Shown here: positions 48,903-56,854 of the stretch, piece after piece | How the letters are laid out: each line of letters starts with the position of its first letter | Numbering within the stretch: position 1 is the stretch's first letter | NCBI GenBank assembly: GCA_029932935.1 | Contig: JAOZPD010000001.1 | Coordinates: forward strand, 1 to 63,447 | Source of the DNA: Candidatus Omnitrophota bacterium | GTDB taxonomy: Bacteria; Omnitrophota; Gorgyraeia; Gygaellales; JAHJCI01 | Length of the DNA: 63,447 nucleotides | Reading direction: 5' to 3' | Position numbers and translations under genes: made by a program | Notes under the pieces: model-generated | Told to the model about the DNA's origin: nothing | What the model saw: the letters and a program-made list of their open reading frames with translations, nothing else | The model's database searches: none

Positions 48903-50558
48903 ATGGATAAAAGACTTATTGCCTTATCAGAAGAATATTTCCAATATCTGGCTTATGCATATCCCGTAATGAGTCTGTCTGACGAATTCTATTTCATGCC
49001 CCGTTCCAACAAAGCAATATATCATCTGGATTATCTGGACTGTCTAGACAAAGAGAAGATAAAACAGGATGTTTCTTGTATAAAAACACTCAAGATTCGC
49101 CTAGAGAATATATATACAGAGAATATGGAGTTAGAAACACAGATAGACTGGCAGCTTCTCAGACAAAGCATATCAGCATATCTATGGGAATTCGAACGGA
49201 TAAAAATATGGCGTCTAGACCCGAATATCTATCTTAAGATCATTATCCTAGGAATGGACCAAATCTTAAATAAGGTTTGTATGATTAAAGATAACATCCA
49301 AGAGGAATTTGCCTATCGAATACAACAGATCCCACGATTACTAAACGAGGCCAAAGTAAATCTCACAGACATACCTCTTTTCTATAGGGATACGGCTATA
49401 AGTATAATTAAATCAATCATCGATTACCTCAGGGGTCAATCCTATCTAATCACAATAAAAAGATTGGATTCTTCTACATTCGCAAGATTAATAAAAGAGT
49501 CCATCCATTCTCTATATGACTTTAAAAGCTTCCTGGAGAAACGCCCGGTTAAAGATACATTTATTAAAGAAAGGGAGCTATTGCGGGATTTGTTAATTGA
49601 TGTCTTTTCGTATAAACGCGACCTTGCAGAAATCTTCGAGATAGCCTCGGAAGAATATCAAAATACCCTGGATGAATTAAAAAGAATGGCCAATGCAATT
49701 CAGCCGCCAAAAACATGGCAGGAGGTATTAATCGGCTATAAATTAAAAGTAAAGACTAAAAAAGACCTACTGAACCTGTATCGCAAGCAGATTTTCAATC
49801 TAAAGGATTTCCTTATAAGATACGAATTGATTACTATCCCGGAAGTCCAAGATATTACGGTTGAGGAAACCCCCAGTTACCTAAAACCAATCAGAGCCTC
49901 CGCCTCATATAGTTGCCCTATAAGCAAAGACAGAAGAGAAACAGCATTTTTTTATGTAGCTATTGACTCTAATAAAAATAAAAAAATACAAGAAATATGG
50001 GAGAATATCCATCAAGAGTACATATTTATTACTGCGCATGAAACCTATCCCGGACATCACTTGCTAGATTCGGTAAGACGCGGCATTCGGAATCCCATTC
50101 GCCAACAGATCGAATCCCCATTCTTTTATGAAGGATGGGCTTCCTATGCAGAAAGGATAATCAGGGAATCTGGATATATAAATAATACTGTACAAAAGAT
50201 GATAGGTTTAAGAAGAGAGGCATGGAGGGCAATCAGGGCAAAATTAGATATAGGAATAAGATTAAATAAGATAAGTCTCTCTGGAGCAGCGGAGGAATTG
50301 CATCGGTTGGGATATGCTCCCCGTAGAATCAAGATTATGCTTAAGCATTACCTGCTTACATATGGATACCAATTGTGTTATACTATTGGTAAATTTGAGA
50401 TTGAAAGATTAGCAGAAAGATTTATTTCCCAACTGGGAATAAGGAATTTCCATAACTGCTTAATAGAGGCAGGAGAGATTCCTTTTGAGCTAATTCAAAA
50501 AAGGATGGAGAGATTATGCGAGGGGAATTCTCAGGATATCATTCAGAGTGGAATCTAG
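48903..50558 (+). CDS. DUF885-like putative metallohydrolase
   Basis: 551 aa. The ITAHETYPGHHLLDS motif matches the HExxPGHH signature I associate with DUF885. No signal peptide. Confidence 0.65.
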   Translation: MDKRLIALSEEYFQYLAYAYPVMSLSDEFYFMPRSNKAIYHLDYLDCLDKEKIKQDVSCIKTLKIRLENIYTENMELETQIDWQLLRQSISAYLWEFERIKIWRLDPNIYLKIIILGMDQILNKVCMIKDNIQEEFAYRIQQIPRLLNEAKVNLTDIPLFYRDTAISIIKSIIDYLRGQSYLITIKRLDSSTFARLIKESIHSLYDFKSFLEKRPVKDTFIKERELLRDLLIDVFSYKRDLAEIFEIASEEYQNTLDELKRMANAIQPPKTWQEVLIGYKLKVKTKKDLLNLYRKQIFNLKDFLIRYELITIPEVQDITVEETPSYLKPIRASASYSCPISKDRRETAFFYVAIDSNKNKKIQEIWENIHQEYIFITAHETYPGHHLLDSVRRGIRNPIRQQIESPFFYEGWASYAERIIRESGYINNTVQKMIGLRREAWRAIRAKLDIGIRLNKISLSGAAEELHRLGYAPRRIKIMLKHYLLTYGYQLCYTIGKFEIERLAERFISQLGIRNFHNCLIEAGEIPFELIQKRMERLCEGNSQDIIQSGI

Positions 50559-51904
50559 GCAGCCCTGGCGGATGGGATTATCAACGGATGGCTCAGGAGA
50601 TAGGAAGATATTCCTGGCAGATATTAAAAGATAAAGCCGACATTAATATAGAACTGGATTTCGAGCACCCTATTCTCAATCCCGTACCTGCATTTGCTAA
50701 TCTGCTCATTGAAGCGCACAGGAGTAATTTTGGAAGAGAGAAACCCTCTATAGCATTAGTGGCTGAACAGGAGACACTTGATAAGGTAGGCGAGAATATC
50801 CACTTTGTGCAATATTTGAATAGCCTACCGGACATCTCCGCATATCTAATCAGCCCAGATAAACTGGAATTAAGAAATGATCAGATATTTGCGGACAATA
50901 ATAAGATTACATTGTTATTCTTAGACTTTAATAATAATGTAATCGTGAGATTAAAAAAGAGATATAACCTCAAACCACTAATCAAGGCAATAAAAATGGG
51001 TATGGTGATAAACCCTCGCGGCATGGAACCAATCGGAGCTAAGGGTGTATTTGAAGCAATCACATCAGAGTATAAAAACATAGTAAACGAGACCACGCTG
51101 AGAAGGACCCCCTGGACAAGACAATTTTTCCATCGCTCTACCTTGGGTCCAGATGGAGAATCAATTCCAGATTTGATTCAATGGGCAAGAGATAACTGGG
51201 AGAACATAATTTTAAAACCGGTACATGGATACTCTGGAAAAGGCATTATCATTGGTCATAAAGAATCCAACAGAGATAAGTGCATACAAGATGCTTTAAA
51301 TAGTGGGAACTATATTATCCAAAGACTTATCCCGCTTACTCTCTGGTCAGAAGAATTTCCTTACATCGATAAAAAAGACAAATCCCTCTTCCTAAAATCC
51401 TGGCAGACAGACTTTCGCTGTTTCATAACCAATAAGGGGTTAATTGGATTTGTTACTCGATTTGGGGGCATCCCTACCAATGTAGGCTCAGGTGGAGGGG
51501 TACAGAGTACAGCAATCCTACGTTCAAATATAACAGCAAAAGAGGCGATTAAGAGAATAAATGAAGCTATCATGAGTTTAGGATTTGATTTTATTGCTCA
51601 ATTGCAAGAACAGATAGACAAGAAATCTACCAAGATGGGGAATGTTTATCTATTGGGTCCTATTATGTCTACCTTAAGACCCAGGATAATCACACCTGGA
51701 CATGTTCTAAGTTTACAGGCCTATGCCAAAAACCTATGGGATGATGCGCTGAAATTAGAGTCACTGTGGAGAGAAGGGAAGTTAACACAATATGTCTGTA
51801 TAAGTAAAGAGGAAGAGGAAATCGCCCGTCTTAATCCCTGGAACGGACAGGCGGCTCTTATAGCCTCTGATGGATTATTTAATTTTGTAGATGACTATGA
51901 TTAA
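50516..51904 (+). CDS. ATP-grasp amidoligase of permuted (CP-type-2 / eukaryotic-GSH-synthetase-like) topology
   Basis: 462 aa. ILKPVHGYSGKGIIIG (phosphate-binding loop), YIIQRLIPL (hinge) and GFVTRFGGIPTNVGSGGGVQSTAIL (cf. the GGLTRV...N.S.GGG...T motif of circularly permuted ATP-grasp proteins). SD GGAGAG precedes ATG 50516. It overlaps the upstream gene by 43 nt. Confidence 0.5.
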   Translation: MRGEFSGYHSEWNLGSPGGWDYQRMAQEIGRYSWQILKDKADINIELDFEHPILNPVPAFANLLIEAHRSNFGREKPSIALVAEQETLDKVGENIHFVQYLNSLPDISAYLISPDKLELRNDQIFADNNKITLLFLDFNNNVIVRLKKRYNLKPLIKAIKMGMVINPRGMEPIGAKGVFEAITSEYKNIVNETTLRRTPWTRQFFHRSTLGPDGESIPDLIQWARDNWENIILKPVHGYSGKGIIIGHKESNRDKCIQDALNSGNYIIQRLIPLTLWSEEFPYIDKKDKSLFLKSWQTDFRCFITNKGLIGFVTRFGGIPTNVGSGGGVQSTAILRSNITAKEAIKRINEAIMSLGFDFIAQLQEQIDKKSTKMGNVYLLGPIMSTLRPRIITPGHVLSLQAYAKNLWDDALKLESLWREGKLTQYVCISKEEEEIARLNPWNGQAALIASDGLFNFVDDYD

Positions 51905-52667
51905 AGTAAAAAGGGATTGGTGGAAGAATTTCTTTAACCATATATATTTAATCACCGATGCCCGCAGCGTAAAGAACAAATCCCTTACCTGTCGGGAGGT
52001 AGATTTAATAGAGAGATCTCTAAATTTAAAAAGGAGCGATCGTATACTTGATTTATTTGGTGGACAAGGAAGACATTCGATAGAATTGGCCAGACGCGGA
52101 TACCGTGACTTAAGCGTACTTGATTACTCTGAGTATCTAATTAATCTGGGAAGGCGTCTAAGCAGTAAGGAAAACCTAAAAATCAATTTTTATCGTGCAG
52201 ACGCGCGTACTACCGGTTTAAAAAGTAACGACTATTCTGTTATTATTGTAATGGCTAACTCCTTTGGTTACTTTCCCAGAGAGAAAGACAATCTTAAGGT
52301 ACTACAAGAGATTCATCGTCTCCTTAAGAAGAGGGGGAGATTGCTTCTGGATATAGCTAATCCTATTTATGTAAAAAATAATCTTGGTTTAATCTCATGG
52401 CATAGAATAAGAAATATCCTTATCCTGCGCAGCAGAGAGATCAGAAATAATCTGGTCAAGACGCGGGAGATTGTAATCTCCCAACAGGATGGATTAATTA
52501 GAGACGAATGCTACTGCGAATATCTCTATGAACAGGATAAAATCAGGCAATTACTCCGAAAGATAGGATTTAAAAATATAAAAATAAATAACAAACTGTC
52601 CCTGCATAACAAAAAAGGAGATTATGGCCTTCTTAGTTCAAGGATGATTATTACAGCTAAGAAATAA
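51891..52667 (+). CDS. class I SAM-dependent methyltransferase
   Basis: 258 aa. Motif I ILDLFGGQGRHS, an acidic post-I residue (VLDYS), and VIIVMANSFGYF. It overlaps the upstream gene by 14 nt. Confidence 0.8.
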   Translation: MTMIKVKRDWWKNFFNHIYLITDARSVKNKSLTCREVDLIERSLNLKRSDRILDLFGGQGRHSIELARRGYRDLSVLDYSEYLINLGRRLSSKENLKINFYRADARTTGLKSNDYSVIIVMANSFGYFPREKDNLKVLQEIHRLLKKRGRLLLDIANPIYVKNNLGLISWHRIRNILILRSREIRNNLVKTREIVISQQDGLIRDECYCEYLYEQDKIRQLLRKIGFKNIKINNKLSLHNKKGDYGLLSSRMIITAKK

Positions 52668-52694
52668 ATGTGTTTATTTAGAGATAAAAAATTC

Positions 52695-52723
52695 TTGACA
52701 TATTATTTATAATAGAATATTAT
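52695..52723 (+). promoter_or_regulatory. near-consensus sigma70 promoter (TTGACA-N17-TATTAT) for the 27-aa ORF
   Basis: TTGACA at 52695-52700, a 17-nt spacer, and TATTAT at 52718-52723, followed by SD AAGGGAGG (52731-52738). Confidence 0.55.
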
Positions 52724-52747
52724 TCTTTTGAAGGGAGGTTATAAGGA

Positions 52748-52831
52748 ATGAAGGCAAAAAAGATAAATAAAACCACCAAGTCTAAAAAGAAACTTTCCCG
52801 TTATTGCCGTTCCGGTAGAGTACTCTGGTAA
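52748..52831 (+). CDS. candidate 27-aa Lys-rich peptide with C-terminal YCRSGRVLW
   Basis: My translation: MKAKKINKTTKSKKKLSRYCRSGRVLW*. It has its own promoter and a strong SD 9 nt upstream. Its stop lies 10 nt from the convergent radical SAM stop. Confidence 0.5.
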   Translation: MKAKKINKTTKSKKKLSRYCRSGRVLW

Positions 52832-52840
52832 TATTATATT

Positions 52841-54364
52841 TTAATATAGCTGATTGCCCCTTTTACCCACCGGGTCAAATCCAAAGAGCTCTTCTAAACG
52901 GTGGGGTATTCTTTCCGACAGAATAGCTAAACTGGCAATAGCCAGTTCCAACTTCTCCCGAAACAACTCACAGCTTCTTTCATATGGTAAGGCCGGGTCT
53001 CCCCGGAAATAATAATTCATATTTAAGCAAGAACCGGTTGAACGGCATAGACTAAACAATAAACATTCTCTGCAATTCTCACGCTGTTTCCTCACGCTTT
53101 CCAGAAAACTGTTATATTTATCTATATCGAGTCCGTCTCGTACATTGCCAAAATTGAACCTCTTTATTCCCAAAAAAGATGTGCAGGGATAGATATTCCC
53201 ATCAGCAGAGACCGCTAACTGTCCTCTTGCAGCCGGACAGCCACCCGCAAGCTCATGGTTATAATATAGTCGTTGCATCAATTTAAAGAATCTATTAAAA
53301 AACGTCCTTCTATAATCCAGGAATCCCTTTGAGGATTCATCGATATAAAGTAAGGCCAACCTTTCGTATTCTTTAAATAATCTCTTGTATTGCTGCTCAG
53401 TATGAAAAAAAACAGACTCTCTCTTAGGGCTAATTCTATGACAAGCATCCTCGCTCTCAAAAAGCTCAATCCTCTCAAAGCCTAAATTCCTTAAGTTATT
53501 GTATAACTCTACCATATCTGTATAAAAGGGTGTAACGGTACTGCGTCCCACAAGCCTCTTGATTATTCTCTCCGGCATATTTCTTAAGTTAGACAATATC
53601 GTATCAAAGCTTCCATTCCCATCTTTAAACGGCCGATTGTTATCCTGGATACATCTCGGTCCATCGATGCTGACAGCTATCTGGACACCCTTATTAATCA
53701 ACTCCTCAGCTAACGAGGGCGTCAGAAGCGTACCGTTTGTTGCCAAGAGAAAATGAAAGCTTACATTCCAGCTAGATTCATTTCCCCTGCAATAATCGAC
53801 TGTTTTAGAAAGTGTCTGGAGATTCATCAAGGGTTCTCCGCCGTAGAAATCCACAACCAGATTTCTATCTTCTCCACAAAGATTAACCAACATATCCACT
53901 GCCATCCTGGCTATCTCAAAGGACATATCATCATCTACTGTGCTTTTAGAAACAACGAATTGATTATCCTGGAACTGCTCTGCAGAATATCTGCCCTGGT
54001 CATTCCAGCAGTAAACACAATTTAAATTGCACTTAGAGGTCAAGTTAAGCGTCAGATCAGTAATATTAGCAATAATGCCCTCCTCTTTATCCAGATTATC
54101 CTTCCTTACTAAAGGGAACAGGCTTATTATGCTATCAGGGATATTCTGAGATTTTGCTAATTTTATTGCCTCTTCAGGTGTAGGATGCTTATCTAAATTT
54201 ATAATCTCTGTATTCCATCCTTGCAAGGCTAAATATGTATCATCGGATATCTCAAAGAAATCCCCCGTACAGGTCGAGATTGCAAAACAACGATTCAGTT
54301 TTTTAAAAATGTATGCTGGTAACAATCTATCCTTCTGCCTTAAAGGCTGAGTAGCATGATTCAT
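52841..54364 (-). CDS. radical SAM/SPASM-domain enzyme with ~105-aa N-terminal extension (peptide-maturase-like)
   Basis: 507 aa. CNLNCVYC (CxxxCxxC), FYGGEPLM, and SPASM-type clusters GGCPAARGQLAVSADGNIYPC and CRECLLFSLCRSTGSC. The N-terminal extension has the same length class as RRE domains in sactisynthase-type enzymes. Confidence 0.85.
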   Translation of the reverse strand: MNHATQPLRQKDRLLPAYIFKKLNRCFAISTCTGDFFEISDDTYLALQGWNTEIINLDKHPTPEEAIKLAKSQNIPDSIISLFPLVRKDNLDKEEGIIANITDLTLNLTSKCNLNCVYCWNDQGRYSAEQFQDNQFVVSKSTVDDDMSFEIARMAVDMLVNLCGEDRNLVVDFYGGEPLMNLQTLSKTVDYCRGNESSWNVSFHFLLATNGTLLTPSLAEELINKGVQIAVSIDGPRCIQDNNRPFKDGNGSFDTILSNLRNMPERIIKRLVGRSTVTPFYTDMVELYNNLRNLGFERIELFESEDACHRISPKRESVFFHTEQQYKRLFKEYERLALLYIDESSKGFLDYRRTFFNRFFKLMQRLYYNHELAGGCPAARGQLAVSADGNIYPCTSFLGIKRFNFGNVRDGLDIDKYNSFLESVRKQRENCRECLLFSLCRSTGSCLNMNYYFRGDPALPYERSCELFREKLELAIASLAILSERIPHRLEELFGFDPVGKRGNQLY

Positions 54365-54419
54365 AATCTTCCCTTTCTATTAATTTATATCAATCTACTC
54401 ATAAGAACTAATCTTTACC

Positions 54420-54815
54420 CTAACGATTCAATGCCATCTTTATAAAATCCTCTATGGCCTGCCTGTCTGCCTCGGATATCTTTGCAAAATAAATTCCTAA
54501 ACGATGTTCATTGGCCTCTAATAATATATTATTCCTTACTTCACCTACTATCTCCATGGAACGAATACGATTGCTCTTCTCAGCATAGTGATTAATTAAA
54601 GTGAATCTTATCAAGAGAAGGGTTGAAACAGGAATATCGCAATTTGTCAAAATAGCCATCCCCACTCCGCTTAAATCTAACATCAGTGCGTTGACATCCT
54701 TATTACCTATCCGTACGCGTATCTCTATGGGTTTATCAACTTTATAAATAACTACAAACTCAGCCCTTACTCGCGGAGACCTTCTTCTCTCTGGCCCACT
54801 ATATATATCAACCAT
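54420..54815 (-). CDS. PilZ-domain c-di-GMP receptor
   Basis: 131 aa. RRRSPR (RxxxR) and DLSGVG (DxSxxG). Strong SD AGGAGG. Confidence 0.8.
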   Translation of the reverse strand: MVDIYSGPERRRSPRVRAEFVVIYKVDKPIEIRVRIGNKDVNALMLDLSGVGMAILTNCDIPVSTLLLIRFTLINHYAEKSNRIRSMEIVGEVRNNILLEANEHRLGIYFAKISEADRQAIEDFIKMALNR

Positions 54816-54845
54816 AACCTATCCTCCTATTTATTACTTAGTGAT

Positions 54846-54874
54846 ATTTTAATATTTTGTTTGATGCTTTTCAA
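54846..54874 (-). promoter_or_regulatory. putative promoter (TTGAAA-N17-TAAAAT) for the PilZ-radical SAM operon
   Basis: Minus strand: TTGAAA (54874..54869), N17, TAAAAT (54851..54846). A 10-bp palindrome GGATATATCC (54884-54893) lies just upstream. Confidence 0.45.
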
Positions 54875-54913
54875 GACAAATAAGGATATATCCCTAAATG
54901 CAACCGAGGAATC

Positions 54914-55933
54914 TCAAGGGCATGTAACGCCAGATAATTCCTCTATTGCCTTTTTGATTCTCAACATTCTCTCGGGAGATGACGGATGGGTAGAGAGATA
55001 ATTTCTAATCATCGAACGAGGAATCTCGATGGCAAATCTTTCCTGAAACGAGGTACATGCACAAGGATTATAACCGGCGTAATAAACAAACCGTACACTA
55101 AAATAATCCGCCTCTCTCTCTAAATCGCGAGAGTAATGTGCCTTGAATACCTCGGCAGTACGCATTACCAAATCACCTGTCCCGGGAGCAGCCTCATCAG
55201 CAATTATCCCTAAGGGGATACCAATAAGAAGGGACAGGAGTGAGGTTATCTGTGATTTAGACACATGAGCACGAACAAAATGCGCTAACTCATGTGCCAA
55301 TACCGCTGCAATCTCATCATCCGATCTTACAAAATTCATCAATCCATAGGTAACGTAGATTGCATTGTTACTTGCGGCTGCGTTGACCTCCTGCACATCA
55401 ATCATGGCGATTGGTACATTTATAGGTATCGAACCGGCACTTAAAATTATATCTCTGCGTAGATTACCCCTTAGAACCTGCAGCTTAACTGGCTCTCCTA
55501 CATTCAGATTATGAAGACAACGATTAAAATCACCTACAGAGTGAACGGCTACATTATTAATCGAGACCAACACATCTCCCGGCACCAATCCTGCCTTTTT
55601 AGCGGGTGAACCGTCAATAACCACTACTAATACCAACCCTCTCTCTACAGTTAACCTGTATAACCTCTTAAGATATTTATCGATAGGACTTACAAATATA
55701 CCTATATAAGGCTGGGGTTTGTCTGCAATCTTAATCTCCTCCTGGGGAATATTACTAATTAAACGATAGCCGATATTACTGACCTTATCCAACTGTTTTA
55801 TACGGAACTCCAGAGACCTCACCATTAACTCTTCGCTTGCCTCCCGAATCTCCTGCTTGCTTACCGACGGACCAGTAATAGTAGCGCACCCATTGGTAGA
55901 TAACAATGCTATAAACAATAGAATAAATCTCAT
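54914..55933 (-). CDS. M48-family zinc metalloprotease lipoprotein with PDZ domain
   Basis: Start at ATG 55933 (SD AGAGGGG) gives MRFILLFIALLSTNGCA with a lipobox. PDZ (GLVPGDVLVSINNVAV) and HELAHFVRAH (HExxH). The ORF-track start is TTG. Confidence 0.85.
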   Translation of the reverse strand: MRFILLFIALLSTNGCATITGPSVSKQEIREASEELMVRSLEFRIKQLDKVSNIGYRLISNIPQEEIKIADKPQPYIGIFVSPIDKYLKRLYRLTVERGLVLVVVIDGSPAKKAGLVPGDVLVSINNVAVHSVGDFNRCLHNLNVGEPVKLQVLRGNLRRDIILSAGSIPINVPIAMIDVQEVNAAASNNAIYVTYGLMNFVRSDDEIAAVLAHELAHFVRAHVSKSQITSLLSLLIGIPLGIIADEAAPGTGDLVMRTAEVFKAHYSRDLEREADYFSVRFVYYAGYNPCACTSFQERFAIEIPRSMIRNYLSTHPSSPERMLRIKKAIEELSGVTCP

Positions 55934-56199
55934 ATATCCCCTCTTCTCTGAGAATAGCAAAGCACAATTGCCAGTAATATCGAAGCAGGTAATATCACTA
56001 TAAAATCAAACTCATTTTTAATCTTTAAACTAAAAATAGATAAGGTAAGGAATACGATATACCAGAGGATTTTCCTAAAGATATGCAGGCGGAACCCATC
56101 GCAGAAACATAATCCCATATATAAGGCAAATAGACTTAACGTCAACCACTGCCAGAAGATTGTATGGCTCATAATTTTTCTCTTACCTGGCACAGCCAC
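55930..56199 (-). CDS. small membrane protein of unknown function
   Basis: 89 aa or fewer, with three hydrophobic segments. Its stop overlaps the M48 gene start (ATGA). Confidence 0.4.
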   Translation of the reverse strand: MAVPGKRKIMSHTIFWQWLTLSLFALYMGLCFCDGFRLHIFRKILWYIVFLTLSIFSLKIKNEFDFIVILPASILLAIVLCYSQRRGDI

Positions 56200-56241
56200 A
56201 AAAACTATCTGAAGCCAAGCATTAACAGAAGACTACACGAA

Positions 56242-56814
56242 TCATCTCCTTTTCTCTGTACCGATTAATGATAATGCCTCAGCCCGGGTCTTCTCATTCT
56301 CTTTAAAAATACCGCGTACTGCCGAGGTTACCGTTAAAATGCCAGGCTTCTTAACCCCTCTAAAAGACATACACAGGTGTTCAGCCTCCACTACAACCAT
56401 AACACCACGTGGCCTGAGTTTCTTCATAATAATCTCGGCAACTTGTGTAGTAAGCCTCTCCTGAATCTGAAGTCTTCTGGAAAGAATATCTACAACCCGG
56501 GCTAATTTACTTAAACCAGTAACCCGCCCATCCTTAGGGATATAGGCAATATGAGCCCGTCCGATAAAGGGAATGAGATGATGCTCACAAACAGAATATA
56601 ACGGAATATTCTTCAGTAGAATTATCTCATCGTGCTTCTGATCAAGAATAACCTCAAGCTCCCTCTCGGGGCTCTGCCTAATACCTGAGAAGATCTCCTC
56701 ATACATCTCAGCTACACGATTAGGCGTCTCCTTTAAATCCCTCCTATCAGGATCCTCCCCGATTGCTATCAATATATCCTTTATTGCCTCTCTTATCTTT
56801 TTCTTATCCATCAC
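56242..56814 (-). CDS. folE: GTP cyclohydrolase I
   Basis: 190 aa. [20 protein letters not shown] and QERLTTQ motifs. Confidence 0.93.
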   Translation of the reverse strand: MMDKKKIREAIKDILIAIGEDPDRRDLKETPNRVAEMYEEIFSGIRQSPERELEVILDQKHDEIILLKNIPLYSVCEHHLIPFIGRAHIAYIPKDGRVTGLSKLARVVDILSRRLQIQERLTTQVAEIIMKKLRPRGVMVVVEAEHLCMSFRGVKKPGILTVTSAVRGIFKENEKTRAEALSLIGTEKRR

Positions 56815-56854
56815 TCCTCCCTTCTCAAGACATACCCTCTTCTAAAATAAGAGT

